Shown here: one piece after another, positions 1 through 9,656 of the stretch
Layout of the letters: the number at the start of each line of letters is the position of its first letter
Numbering within the stretch: the stretch's first letter is position 1
Program-made: the position numbers and the translations under genes
The notes under the pieces: model-generated
What the model saw: the letters and a program-made list of their open reading frames with translations, nothing else
Databases searched by the model: none
Told to the model about the DNA's origin: nothing
DNA from: an uncultured Oscillibacter sp.
GTDB lineage: Bacteria; Bacillota; Clostridia; Oscillospirales; Oscillospiraceae
DNA length: 64,000 bases
Direction: 5' to 3'
Assembly: GCA_910583785.1 (NCBI GenBank)
Contig: CAJTZK010000010.1
Location: 7,338-71,337 of the forward strand

Positions 1-204
1 GCGGGGCCCGATTTTAATCTGTCGAAACCGTTAGATTTCAGAAAGACTCTGGACACATTTCTGTGTTACGCTGGGCATAGAAAAAGGGCCCCTGGCGGGC
101 CCGGAATTTGACAAGATACGGCGTCGGTGCTATGATGACATGCAAAAGGACGCTGCTGCATAAAAAGGCGGTTGGCCGCTCCCTTGCGAAAGGGGGTGAG
201 GCGG

Positions 205-300
205 ATGGGAAACGGGCGCTGGATGAAAGTCCTGCGCTATACGGTGTCGCTGGCGGCGGTATTGCTGCTGCTGGCGTACTTAGCCCCAAAAGCGTGTTGA
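205..300 (+). CDS. 31-aa hydrophobic peptide MGNGRWMKVLRYTVSLAAVLLLLAYLAPKAC, candidate type I toxin (absent from the ORF track)
   Basis: TTGACA(108)-N17-TATGAT(131) promoter; GGGGGTGA SD before ATG205; one hydrophobic helix flanked by basic residues; TGA at 298-300. Confidence 0.65.
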   Translation: MGNGRWMKVLRYTVSLAAVLLLLAYLAPKAC

Positions 301-385
301 CCGCTCGGCTGGCTCCCGAACGGTCAACATAGGATTTCTATGCTTGAACAGTAGGGGCTGATCGCCATGCAACAGCGCCCTTCTA
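288..385 (-). ncRNA. Candidate convergent antisense RNA (antitoxin)
   Basis: Minus-strand TTGACA(418-413)-N16-TATAAT(396-391); no SD-led ORF downstream; runs into hairpin 295-329 followed by GCTTTT on the minus strand. Confidence 0.5.
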
Positions 386-573
386 TATTCATTATACCCA
401 AATTCGCCGCCTTGTCAATGGGGACAGGGCGGTTCTTCTTCTCCCCGGAAAGGGGCAAAAATGACGAGAGATTACAAAACTGTACCCCTTTTGTAACTTC
501 CTTTTCCAGCAAATGGTGTATGCTTACAAATAACATACCGGGGTCCGCTTTGGAAAAAATCTTCCGGCCCCCC

Positions 574-620
574 TTGACAAGCTGTACTAACTGTATTATT
601 ATTGCTAATACGATAGTACA
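574..620 (+). promoter_or_regulatory. Sigma-A-like promoter with overlapping TGTACTA...TAGTACA dyad (GntR/YtrA-like operator)
   Basis: TTGACA-N17-TATTAT; nested inverted repeat at 583-620. Confidence 0.5.
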
Positions 621-711
621 ATAACACAGGAGGGAAATTTTTTCAAAGCCTTTGAAGAATTCCCCCCGGCTGTCCCGTAATATACTTGAGACATGAGAAG
701 CGAGGTCTGAC

Positions 712-1884
712 ATGAAAATTCTGATTACATCCGACTGGTACCTTCCCGCGGTGAACGGCGTGGTCACCTCGGTGAAGAATCTCCGCCGGGAGCTGGAGGC
801 CCGGGGCCACGAGGTCCGGGTGCTGACCCTCTCCCAGAACCGTCATTCCTGCCGGAAGGACGGCGTGACCTGCCTGGGCTCCGTGGCGGCGGGGCTGATC
901 TACCCCGGGGCCCGGCTGCGGACCGCCCTGGCGGGGAAATGGGTCCGGGAGATCGTGGAGTGGGGGCCCGACGTGGTCCACTCCCAGTGCGAGTTCTCCA
1001 CCTTCTTCCTGGCCCGGCGCATCGCCGAGGAACTGGACATTCCCCTGGTCCACACCTACCACACGGTGTACGAGGACTATACCCACTATTTCTCCCCCAA
1101 CGTCCGCTTCGGAAAGAAGGCCGCCGCCGTCTTCACCCGCTGGGCCGCCTCCCATACGGACTGCCTTATCGCCCCCACGGGGAAGGTCCGGATGCTCCTC
1201 CAGGGCTACGGCGTGCAAAAGCCCATCTTCGTGGTGCCCTCTGGCATAGACCTCCGCCACTTCCAGGGGGAACCGGACCCCCTGCGCAGCGCGGTCCTCC
1301 GGGCCAGCCTGGACATTCCCCGGGAGCGGACCGTGCTGGTCTTTGTGGGGCGGCTTGCCGAGGAGAAGCGGGTGGATGAGCTTCTGCGCTTCCGGGCCAA
1401 CATGGGCCCGGGGGGCGTGACGTTGCTTCTGGTTGGCGACGGGCCGGACCGCAAGCGCCTGGAGGGCGTGGCCCAGAGCCTGGGCCTGGCCGCCCCGGAT
1501 GTGGTGTTTGCCGGGATGGTCCCGGCGGAGCAGGTGGCGGACTGGTATCAATTGGGGGACCTGTTCGTCAGCGCCTCCACCAGCGAGACCCAGGGACTCA
1601 CCTACGCCGAGGCCCTGGCGGCGGGCGTGCCGGTGCTCTGCCGGGCGGACCCCTGCCTGCTGGGCGTGGTCCGGAACGGGGAGAACGGCTGGCAGTACCA
1701 CGGCGAGGCGGAGTTCCGCCAGCGGCTGGAGGAGTTCCTGGCCCATCCCCAGCGGCGGGAGGCCCTGTGCCGGGCCGCCCGGGAGACGGGGGAGGAGTAC
1801 TCCGCCCAGCGCTTCGCGGAGCGGGTAGAGTCCATTTACTTAGAGCAGATCGAGCGCGGCTCGTTACGGAGGATACCGGCATGA
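712..1884 (+). CDS. GT4 glycosyltransferase (diacylglycerol glucosyltransferase-like)
   Basis: N-terminal SDWYLPAVNGVVTSV; HTYHTVYEDYTHY; ETQGLTYAEALA (EX7E motif). Confidence 0.9.
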   Translation: MKILITSDWYLPAVNGVVTSVKNLRRELEARGHEVRVLTLSQNRHSCRKDGVTCLGSVAAGLIYPGARLRTALAGKWVREIVEWGPDVVHSQCEFSTFFLARRIAEELDIPLVHTYHTVYEDYTHYFSPNVRFGKKAAAVFTRWAASHTDCLIAPTGKVRMLLQGYGVQKPIFVVPSGIDLRHFQGEPDPLRSAVLRASLDIPRERTVLVFVGRLAEEKRVDELLRFRANMGPGGVTLLLVGDGPDRKRLEGVAQSLGLAAPDVVFAGMVPAEQVADWYQLGDLFVSASTSETQGLTYAEALAAGVPVLCRADPCLLGVVRNGENGWQYHGEAEFRQRLEEFLAHPQRREALCRAARETGEEYSAQRFAERVESIYLEQIERGSLRRIPA

Positions 1885-2483
1885 AACAGCAGGCCGTTCC
1901 CATTGAAAAGCGGGCACTCCAGGCGGTGTCCCTCATCGGTTTCGCCATCTGCGTGGCGGTGGCCCTCTGGGGCTGGAGGACGGGGGTGCTGACCTCCCAG
2001 GAGAAGCTCCAGGAACTGGTGTCCAAATGGGGCTTCGCCGGGGCGCTGCTGTTCACGGCCTTCCAGGCGGTGCAGGTGGTGGTTCCCGTCCTGCCGGGGG
2101 GGCTGGGATGCCTGGTGGGCGTGGTGCTCTTCGGGCCCATCTGGGGCTTTACCTATAACTACGTAGGCATCTGCATCGGGTCCCTTCTGGCCTTCGCCGT
2201 GGCGAAGAGCTGCGGGCGGCCCTTGCTGTATCTGCTGTTCTCCGAGAAGACCATTGAAAAATACGACGCGTGGACCGAGAAGCGGGACCGCTTTGCCAAG
2301 CTCTTCTTCTGGTCCATCTTCCTGCCCATCGCCCCGGACGACTTCCTCTGCTACCTGGCGGGCACCACTACCATGACCTGGAAGCGGTACACCGCCATCA
2401 TCCTCCTGGGGAAGCCCTTCAACATCGCCCTGTACAGCATGGGGCTGGTGGCCCTCTGGAAGGTCCTTTTCCCGGGGTTTTAA
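1881..2483 (+). CDS. TVP38/TMEM64 (VTT/DedA) family membrane protein
   Basis: QVVVPVLPGG and LPIAPDDFLCYLAG motifs; hydrophobic; ATGA overlap with the upstream gene. Confidence 0.85.
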   Translation: MKQQAVPIEKRALQAVSLIGFAICVAVALWGWRTGVLTSQEKLQELVSKWGFAGALLFTAFQAVQVVVPVLPGGLGCLVGVVLFGPIWGFTYNYVGICIGSLLAFAVAKSCGRPLLYLLFSEKTIEKYDAWTEKRDRFAKLFFWSIFLPIAPDDFLCYLAGTTTMTWKRYTAIILLGKPFNIALYSMGLVALWKVLFPGF

Positions 2484-2703
2484 AACAAGAATGCCGTCAT
2501 AAAACGGCGGCTTTTGCGGAATAATCTTGATATCCCTAAAAAAAGCGGACAGACCATCCGCTTGGATTTGTGCGCCCAAAATTGGAAAACTATGGGCAAA
2601 AAACAGGCGGGCTGCAGGCCGGAAAACTGCGGCGCACCAGCCGGCGGACAACCTGCGCCCCAGAGATGGACACAGGCTCAAACCACTGGGGCAAGGAGGC
2701 TGT

Positions 2704-3747
2704 ATGCGTATCTACATTTACGGCGGCGGCGAAAAAATCGTCGGCCGCAGCGGCGTGGGACAGGCCATCCGCCACCAGCGGGAGTGCCTCCGGCGTTCCG
2801 GGGTGGACACCACGGACCACTGGACGGCGGACGCCGCCGCCGTCCACGTGAACACCATCCTTCCGGATTCCGTGCTGGCCGCCCTGGGGGCCAAGCTCCG
2901 GCGGCGGAAGGTGGTCTGGTACGGCCACTCCACCATGGAGGACTTCCGGTCTTCCTTCAAGGGGTCCAACGCCCTGGCCCCCCTGTTCAAACGGTGGATC
3001 ACCTTTTGCTACGGCCTGGGGGATGTGGTGCTGACCCCCACGGAGTATTCCCGGCAGCTGCTGGAGGGCTACGGCCTGAAAAAGCCCGTGTACAGCATCT
3101 CCAACGGCGTGGACACGGAATTCTTCCAGCCAAACCCCGCCGCCCGTTCCGCCCTCCGGGCCCGGTACGGCCTGGGGGAGGAGGAAAAGGTGGTGGTTTC
3201 CGTGGGCCACATGATCGCCCGGAAGGGCCTGCCCGAGTTTCTGGAGCTGGCCCGGAACGTCCCGGAGGCGAAATTCCTCTGGTTCGGGTGGACGAACCCC
3301 AAGCTCATCCCCCAGGAGATCGTCCAGGCCATGGAGAATGCCCCGGGCAATGTGCGGTTCCCCGGTTTCGTGGGCCGGGAGGAGCTGCGGGAGGCTTACC
3401 AGGGGGCGGATGTCTTCGCCTTCCTCAGCCACGAGGAGACGGAGGGCATCGTGGTGCTGGAAGCCCTGGCCTGCGGCGTGCCCACGGTGCTGCGGGACAT
3501 TCCGGTCTACGGAGGCTGGCTGGAACAGGGGAAAAACGTATACAAAGCGTCGGATAACGGGGAATTTCAACGAATCGTATCCGGCCTTCTGGACAAGAGC
3601 CTGCCAGACCTCACCGCCGCCGGACGGGCCGTGGCGGAGTCCCGGAGCTTGGAGCAGGTGGGGCAGCGGCTGAAGGCGATCTATCTGGAACAGCGGGTGC
3701 TGCCGCCCCTGCCCCAGGCCCTGCTGCGGAAGCAGGCCCGGGCCTGA
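2704..3747 (+). CDS. GT4 glycosyltransferase (second glycolipid synthase-like)
   Basis: GGAGG SD then MRIYIY; SGVGQAIRHQ, HSTMEDFRSSF, ETEGIVVLEALA. Confidence 0.9.
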   Translation: MRIYIYGGGEKIVGRSGVGQAIRHQRECLRRSGVDTTDHWTADAAAVHVNTILPDSVLAALGAKLRRRKVVWYGHSTMEDFRSSFKGSNALAPLFKRWITFCYGLGDVVLTPTEYSRQLLEGYGLKKPVYSISNGVDTEFFQPNPAARSALRARYGLGEEEKVVVSVGHMIARKGLPEFLELARNVPEAKFLWFGWTNPKLIPQEIVQAMENAPGNVRFPGFVGREELREAYQGADVFAFLSHEETEGIVVLEALACGVPTVLRDIPVYGGWLEQGKNVYKASDNGEFQRIVSGLLDKSLPDLTAAGRAVAESRSLEQVGQRLKAIYLEQRVLPPLPQALLRKQARA

Positions 3748-3950
3748 GGCGGAAAGGCTGGTTTAAAACGGAGAGGGCTGCCGGAACCCGGCGGCTCCCT
3801 CCGTTTTGGTTTTTTCCGGGAAATTTCCCGGTGGTAAAAATCCCGGGAAGAAACACTACCCAAACGCCGGAAAACGTGGTATGATATGATATTAGAGTAT
3901 TCGGGCCCCAGCAGGGGGCCCTCGGGATTTCAACAGGCGGGGGAGGCGGC

Positions 3951-5315
3951 ATGATGCGCAGGAGAATACGGGCCCTGGCGGCGGCGCTGCTGCTGGCGGC
4001 GGCGCTCAGCGGCTGCGGCGGGTTCAACATTGAGTTTAATCCCGAGGAGCTGTACGCCCTCCCGGAGCTGCCCGCCAAGTACACGGAGCTGAACGCCCAG
4101 CTTAACGCCATCCTGGAAGATGGCGCGGAATACGCCGCCCCCGCCGCCGGGACCAACATCCAGCCCGTCCAGCTGACGGACCTGGACGGGGACGGGCAGC
4201 AGGAGGCCGTGGCCTTCTTCCGCAAGGCGGAGGACGAGAAGCCCCTGAAAATCTACATCTTCTCCGCCAAGGGGGACCGCTATGAGCAGTCCGCCGTCAT
4301 TGAGGGCAGCGGCGCGTCGGTGTACAGCGTGGTGTACAGCGACCTGGACGGGGACGGCCGGACGGAACTGATTGTGGGCTGGCGGGTCAACGCCGAGCTC
4401 CAGGCCCTCTCCGTCTATGCCCTGGACCCCGCCGGGCCCCAGGAGCTGCTGCGCAGCGTCAGCTATGTCCGCTATGCCAGCGTGGACCTGGACGGGGACG
4501 GTTTGCAGGAGCTGGTGGTCTTCCACGTCGGCGAGGAAGGGGGAGGCGTGGCGGACTATTACGACTGGCAGGAGGGCGGGACCCTGCAAAGCGTATCCTC
4601 CGCCCGCCTCTCCGTCACCATGGCGGAGCTGAACCAGGGGCGGGTGGTGTCCGGGACCCTGCGGGACGGCCTGCCAGCGGTGTTCGCCACGGGCGTCACC
4701 ACCCCGGTGTCCACCGAGTTGGCGGCGGCGGCGGTCACGGACATTCTGGCCGCCCCGGAACAGGAGCTGGTCAACGCGGCCCTTTCCAGCACCACGGGCG
4801 TCACCAGCGCGGTGAACGCCTTCCGGGGGCTCTATCCCACGGATATCAACGGGGACGGCGCCATTGAGGTACCAAGCCCCGCAGCGGCGCCCCGCGGCGG
4901 CGAGTCCGACCAGCGCGTTGACTGGAAGAGCTACAACGGCGCGGGAGAGGAGACGGTGGTCCTGCGGACCTACCACAATATGGAGGACGGCTGGTACCTC
5001 CAGCTCCCCGAGTCCTGGACCGGACGGGTGGAGGCGGAGCGCAGCAGCACGGGGAGCGACACCAGCGTCACCTTTTATGTTCTGGACGAGATGGGTATTC
5101 GGAAGGCTGCCATCCTGCGGATTACCGCCCTCACGGGCACGGGCCGGGAGGTCCGGGCTACCCGGGGGAACCGCTTCCCCCTCAGCCGCCAGTCCGATGT
5201 CATTTATACCGCCGAGCTGCCGGAGACTCCGCCCTGGGACCAGGCCATGACGGCGGAGGAGGTCCGGGGGGCCTTTAACCTCATTGCCCGGGAGTGGATT
5301 CCCGGGGACAACTGA
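3951..5315 (+). CDS. Lipoprotein with FG-GAP/VCBS-like DxDGDG repeats
   Basis: Signal peptide with LSGC lipobox; four D(L/I)(D/N)GDGxxE motifs. Confidence 0.8.
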   Translation: MMRRRIRALAAALLLAAALSGCGGFNIEFNPEELYALPELPAKYTELNAQLNAILEDGAEYAAPAAGTNIQPVQLTDLDGDGQQEAVAFFRKAEDEKPLKIYIFSAKGDRYEQSAVIEGSGASVYSVVYSDLDGDGRTELIVGWRVNAELQALSVYALDPAGPQELLRSVSYVRYASVDLDGDGLQELVVFHVGEEGGGVADYYDWQEGGTLQSVSSARLSVTMAELNQGRVVSGTLRDGLPAVFATGVTTPVSTELAAAAVTDILAAPEQELVNAALSSTTGVTSAVNAFRGLYPTDINGDGAIEVPSPAAAPRGGESDQRVDWKSYNGAGEETVVLRTYHNMEDGWYLQLPESWTGRVEAERSSTGSDTSVTFYVLDEMGIRKAAILRITALTGTGREVRATRGNRFPLSRQSDVIYTAELPETPPWDQAMTAEEVRGAFNLIAREWIPGDN

Positions 5316-5343
5316 GGCCAAACCATGGAAAGGAACGGACAAG

Positions 5344-6033
5344 ATGAAAAAAATCTTGGTTTTAGAGGATGAGGCCAGCATCCGCGGCTTTATCGTCATC
5401 AACCTCCGCCGGGCGGGCTACGACGTCATTGAGGCGGAGAGCGGCGAGGAGGCCCTGGAGCGCCTCCATGAGAACCCGGACGCCCGGGTGGCCTTGCTGG
5501 ACATCATGCTGCCGGGCATCGACGGGTTTGAGGTCTGCCGCCGCATCCGGGCCACCAACAGCCGGATCGGCATTATCATGCTCACCGCCCGGTCCCAGGA
5601 GATGGACAAGGTAACGGGCCTGATGACCGGGGCCGACGACTATGTGACCAAGCCCTTCTCCCCGGCGGAGCTTACCGCCCGGGTGGACGCCCTGGTCCGC
5701 CGCTCCGGCGGCGAGGAGCCCCCCCAGGCCACCGGGGAGCTGAGCCAGCCCCCCTTCCTGCTGAATACCCGGAACCGGACCCTGGAGAAGAACGGCCAGC
5801 GGATCAAGCTGACCCAGGTGGAGTATTCCATCATGCGGGTCTTCATGGAGAACCCCGGCAAGGCCCTCTCCCGGGAGGAGATTCTGGACATGGTCTGGGG
5901 CCGGGATTACTTCGGGGAGCTGAAAATCGTGGACGTGAACATCCGCCGCCTCCGGCTGAAGATCGAGGACAACGTCCAGAATCCCGCCTATATCACCACG
6001 GTCTGGGGCTACGGCTACAAGTGGGGGCTGTGA
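5344..6033 (+). CDS. OmpR-family response regulator
   Basis: LEDE, LLDIMLP, DDYVTKPF, winged helix ending TVWGYGYK. Confidence 0.95.
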   Translation: MKKILVLEDEASIRGFIVINLRRAGYDVIEAESGEEALERLHENPDARVALLDIMLPGIDGFEVCRRIRATNSRIGIIMLTARSQEMDKVTGLMTGADDYVTKPFSPAELTARVDALVRRSGGEEPPQATGELSQPPFLLNTRNRTLEKNGQRIKLTQVEYSIMRVFMENPGKALSREEILDMVWGRDYFGELKIVDVNIRRLRLKIEDNVQNPAYITTVWGYGYKWGL

Positions 6034-6037
6034 CGGG

Positions 6038-7498
6038 ATGGAAGAACAGGTGATGGAAAAGGAGCAGGGGTGGAAGTCCCTCCGCCTGCGGGGCCTGCGG
6101 CAGCGGTGGATCTTCAACTCCATCCTGCCCATCGGGACCCTGCTGGTACTGGTGGTGACCCTGTTCTCCGCGGGCGTCTCCAACTACTATTACGGCACTA
6201 TGCAAAAGGGCCTGGAGACCCGGGCCCAGGCCCTGGCCAACTCCTTCAACGAGTACTTCATGGACAACGGCTTTTCCAGCTATTACCAGAAGGCCGTCCA
6301 GTCCGCTGAGAGCTTCGAGGACAAAAACCGCATCGAGCTCCAGTTCATCGGCTCCAGCGGGCGCATCCAGGTGTCCACCTCCGGCCTGACGGCGGGAACC
6401 TACCCGGGCACCGACGACATCCTCCAGGTCCTCCGGGAGAACAAGATGGATCCCACTCCCTACCAGGGCCGGGACCTGGAGACTGGGGAGGAAATCCTGG
6501 CGGTGTCCTGCCCCCTGACGGTAAATGGCCGGGTGGTGGGCGTCATGCGGCTGGTGACCTCCCTCCGGGCGGTGGACCGGCAGGTGATGTTCGTAGTTCT
6601 GGCCATTTTCCTGGTGGCCCTGCTGTGCATGCTGCTGGTGGTGTTTTCCAACCTTTTGTTCATCAATAATGTGGTGGAGCCCGTGGCGGTGGTGACGGAG
6701 GCGGCCAAGCGCATCTCCGCCGGGAGCTACGGCACCCGGGTGGAGAACAAGTACTCCGACGAACTGGGGGAGCTGGTGGACAACATCAACGACATGTCCC
6801 TGAAAATCAGCCAGAACGAAAAGATGAAAAGCGAGTTCATCTCCTCCGTCTCCCATGAGCTCCGGACGCCCCTCACCGCCATCAACGGCTGGGGGGAGAC
6901 CATCCTGGAGGATGACCTCACCGATGACCCCGAGCAGCTCCGCCGGGGCATCCGGGTCATCGTCAACGAGTCCCGGCGCTTGTCCAACATGGTGGAGGAA
7001 CTGCTGGACTTCTCCAAGATGGAGGACGGCCGCTTCACCCTCCAGGTGGAGGACGTGGACCTCCAGGCGGAGCTGGAGGATGCCATCTTCACCTACCAGG
7101 AGCTCTTCCGCCAGGACGGCATCGCCCTGGAGTACCACCCCGGCGACGGGGACCTGCCCCTGATCCGGGGGGACTCGGAGCGGCTGAAGCAGGTGTTCTG
7201 CAACGTGCTGGACAACGCCGCCAAGCATGGCGGCGCGGGGCGGCGCATCGCCGCCTCCATCGCCCAGGAGAGCGGCTGCCAGGTGGTCCGTATCCGGGAC
7301 TACGGTCCCGGCATCCCGGAGGAGGAACTGCCTTTTGTGAAGCAGAAATTCTATAAGGGCACCTCCCGGGCCCGGGGCAGCGGCATCGGACTGGCGGTCT
7401 GTGATGAGATCGTCGGCCTCCACGGCGGGACCTTCTCCATCGGCAACGCCGATGGCGGCGGGGCGGTGGTGACCATCAAGCTGCCCGTGCGGGCCTGA
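6038..7498 (+). CDS. HAMP-domain sensor histidine kinase
   Basis: Two TM segments; SHELRTPL H-box; NAAKH, DYGPGI, GSGIGL. Confidence 0.95.
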   Translation: MEEQVMEKEQGWKSLRLRGLRQRWIFNSILPIGTLLVLVVTLFSAGVSNYYYGTMQKGLETRAQALANSFNEYFMDNGFSSYYQKAVQSAESFEDKNRIELQFIGSSGRIQVSTSGLTAGTYPGTDDILQVLRENKMDPTPYQGRDLETGEEILAVSCPLTVNGRVVGVMRLVTSLRAVDRQVMFVVLAIFLVALLCMLLVVFSNLLFINNVVEPVAVVTEAAKRISAGSYGTRVENKYSDELGELVDNINDMSLKISQNEKMKSEFISSVSHELRTPLTAINGWGETILEDDLTDDPEQLRRGIRVIVNESRRLSNMVEELLDFSKMEDGRFTLQVEDVDLQAELEDAIFTYQELFRQDGIALEYHPGDGDLPLIRGDSERLKQVFCNVLDNAAKHGGAGRRIAASIAQESGCQVVRIRDYGPGIPEEELPFVKQKFYKGTSRARGSGIGLAVCDEIVGLHGGTFSIGNADGGGAVVTIKLPVRA

Positions 7499-7510
7499 CT
7501 ACCCAGGGGC

Positions 7511-7589
7511 CGGGCCGCCCAGGGGGGGCGGCCCCTACGGTCTGTTTCCTGGTGGTCCCCCTGTAGGGGCCGCCGCCCTCGGCGGCCCG
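7511..7589. repeat. Inverted pair of GTAG-type REP-like palindromes
   Basis: Reverse complement of 7511-7538 is GTAGGGGCCGCCCCCCCTGGGCGGCCCG; 7563-7589 is GTAGGGGCCGCCGCCCTCGGCGGCCCG. Confidence 0.7.
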
Positions 7590-7615
7590 TTTCCCCGCGA
7601 GCATTCGGAGAATAT

Positions 7616-7655
7616 AGAACAGCTGTTTGCATTTTGAAAAGTCCCATGGTATACT
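7616..7655 (+). promoter_or_regulatory. Promoter with overlapping LexA (SOS/Cheo)-like box
   Basis: AGAAC-AGCT-GTTTG at 7616-7629 overlaps TTGCAT(7627)-N17-TATACT(7650). Confidence 0.6.
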
Positions 7656-7682
7656 ATATCAAACGCACAGAAAGGAACCTCC

Positions 7683-8657
7683 ATGGCAGAAGAAAACAAA
7701 TCCTGCGCCTTCCGCACCAGCATCGGCGGACAGGCGCTTATCGAAGGCATTTTGATGCGGGGCCCGGAGAAACAGGCCATCGTGGTCCGGGACCAGGAGG
7801 GAAACCTGGTGGAAAAGGTGGAGTCCCTGCGCTTCATCAAGGACCGTTATCCCGTCTTGGGCCTCCCCCTGGTCCGGGGGACGGTGAACTTCCTGGACTC
7901 CATGGTGGGCGGCGTAAAGGCCCTGATGTACTCCGCCGACTTCTACCCCGAGGAGGAGGCGGCAAAGCCCTCCAAGTTTGAACTGTGGCTGGAAAAGCAC
8001 CTCTCCAGCAAAAAGCTGGAAAGCGCCGTGGTGGCCCTGGCGGTGGCGCTGGGGGTTGGCATGTCGGTGTTTCTCTTTATGATCCTCCCCACCCTGCTCA
8101 CCGGGGCGGTCCTCCACTTTCTCCCCGGTTTTCCCCTCTGGGGCCGGAATCTGGTGGAGGGGCTTTTGAAGGTGGTGATCTTCATGGCCTACCTGATTCT
8201 CTGCTCCCGGCAGAAGGACATCTACCGGGTCTTCCAGTACCACGGGGCGGAGCACAAGACCATCTTCTGCTATGAGGCGGGCCTGCCCCTGACGGTGGAG
8301 AACGTCCGGGCCCAGCCCCGGCATCATCCCCGCTGCGGCACCAGCTTCCTGTTTGTGGTCATCTGCGTGTCCATTCTGTTCTCCAGCATTTTCTTTGGCA
8401 TCTGGCCCGTCACCAACGCCTGGCTCCGGACGGCGGTGCACCTGCTGCTGCTGCCCCTGGTGGTAGGCGTGACCTACGAGTTCAACCGCTGGGTGGGGCG
8501 GCACGTACAGGAGAGCCGCCTGGCGAAGTTCCTCACGGCCCCGGGCCTGTGGATGCAGAATTTTACCACCAACGAGCCGGACGACGGCATGATGGAATGC
8601 GCCATCCGGTCCCTGGAATTGGTGCTGCCCGCTGAAAAAGGCAAAGACACATGGTAA
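7683..8657 (+). CDS. DUF1385 family membrane protein
   Basis: IGGQALIEGILMRG, YHGAEHK, HPRCGTSF, TTNEPDD. Confidence 0.9.
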   Translation: MAEENKSCAFRTSIGGQALIEGILMRGPEKQAIVVRDQEGNLVEKVESLRFIKDRYPVLGLPLVRGTVNFLDSMVGGVKALMYSADFYPEEEAAKPSKFELWLEKHLSSKKLESAVVALAVALGVGMSVFLFMILPTLLTGAVLHFLPGFPLWGRNLVEGLLKVVIFMAYLILCSRQKDIYRVFQYHGAEHKTIFCYEAGLPLTVENVRAQPRHHPRCGTSFLFVVICVSILFSSIFFGIWPVTNAWLRTAVHLLLLPLVVGVTYEFNRWVGRHVQESRLAKFLTAPGLWMQNFTTNEPDDGMMECAIRSLELVLPAEKGKDTW

Positions 8658-8778
8658 GCAGGCCCCGCGCCCCCGCCGGAGCCCCGCGGAACGGGCCCGG
8701 CGGGGCGCGGGCGGCCAAGCGGAATAAGCAGGCCCTGCCATGGGCGGCAGGGCGAGGGATATGGAGTGTGCGAGGACG

Positions 8779-9645
8779 ATGGCGATTACCTACAATGACC
8801 TATATCTAGACGTCCGGCGGCAGCTCCGGGACAGCGGCGTGGAGGCCTCCACCCTGGAGGCCCGGGAGCTGGTGTGCTTCGGCACTGGCAAGAGCCGGGA
8901 GGAGCTGGCCCGGGACAGCCGCCTGTACGCCTCCCCGGAGCGGGAGGCCCAGGTCCGGCGGCTGGTGGAGCGGCGCATGGCCGGGGAGCCCGTGGCCTAC
9001 CTTATCGGCGAGTGGGAGTTTTACGGACTCTCCCTGGACATTTCCCAGGATGTGCTGATCCCCCGGGCGGACACCGAGGTGCTGGCCGAGCAGGCCATCG
9101 CCTACATACAGGCCCTGGGGGAGTGCCGGGTGCTGGACCTCTGTGCGGGCAGCGGCTGTATAGGGCTGGCCGTCGCCTCCCAGGCTCCCCAGGCCCGGGT
9201 GGTCCTGGGGGAGCTGAACGACAGCGCCCTGAAAATCTGCCGCCAGAACATCCGGCGCTGCGGCCTCTCCGCCCGGGTCATGCCCATCCAGGCGGACGCG
9301 TTGGAAAAGCCCGCCCGGTCCCTGGGAGAATTCCAATGTATCATCAGCAACCCGCCCTACATCCCCACCGGGGATATCCCCGGGCTGGAAGTTTCCGTCC
9401 GGGACTACGAGCCCCACCTGGCCCTGGACGGCGGGGCGGACGGCCTGGACTTCTACCGCTCCATCACCGTACAGTGGAAGGAGGCCCTGGCCCCCGGCGG
9501 GCGGCTCTTCTTTGAGGTGGGCATCGGCCAGGCGGACCCGGTGCTCCGGCTGATGCGGAGCCAGGGCTTCGGCGATTTGCAAGTGGTCAAGGACCGGAAC
9601 AGCATTCCCAGAGTGGTGCTGGGCACCCTCTGCCAGGAAATTTAA
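8779..9645 (+). CDS. prmC: Release factor glutamine methyltransferase
   Basis: EPVAYLIG, VLIPRADTE, DLCAGSGCI, NPPY. Confidence 0.95.
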   Translation: MAITYNDLYLDVRRQLRDSGVEASTLEARELVCFGTGKSREELARDSRLYASPEREAQVRRLVERRMAGEPVAYLIGEWEFYGLSLDISQDVLIPRADTEVLAEQAIAYIQALGECRVLDLCAGSGCIGLAVASQAPQARVVLGELNDSALKICRQNIRRCGLSARVMPIQADALEKPARSLGEFQCIISNPPYIPTGDIPGLEVSVRDYEPHLALDGGADGLDFYRSITVQWKEALAPGGRLFFEVGIGQADPVLRLMRSQGFGDLQVVKDRNSIPRVVLGTLCQEI

Positions 9646-9656
9646 GGAGGAGCATC

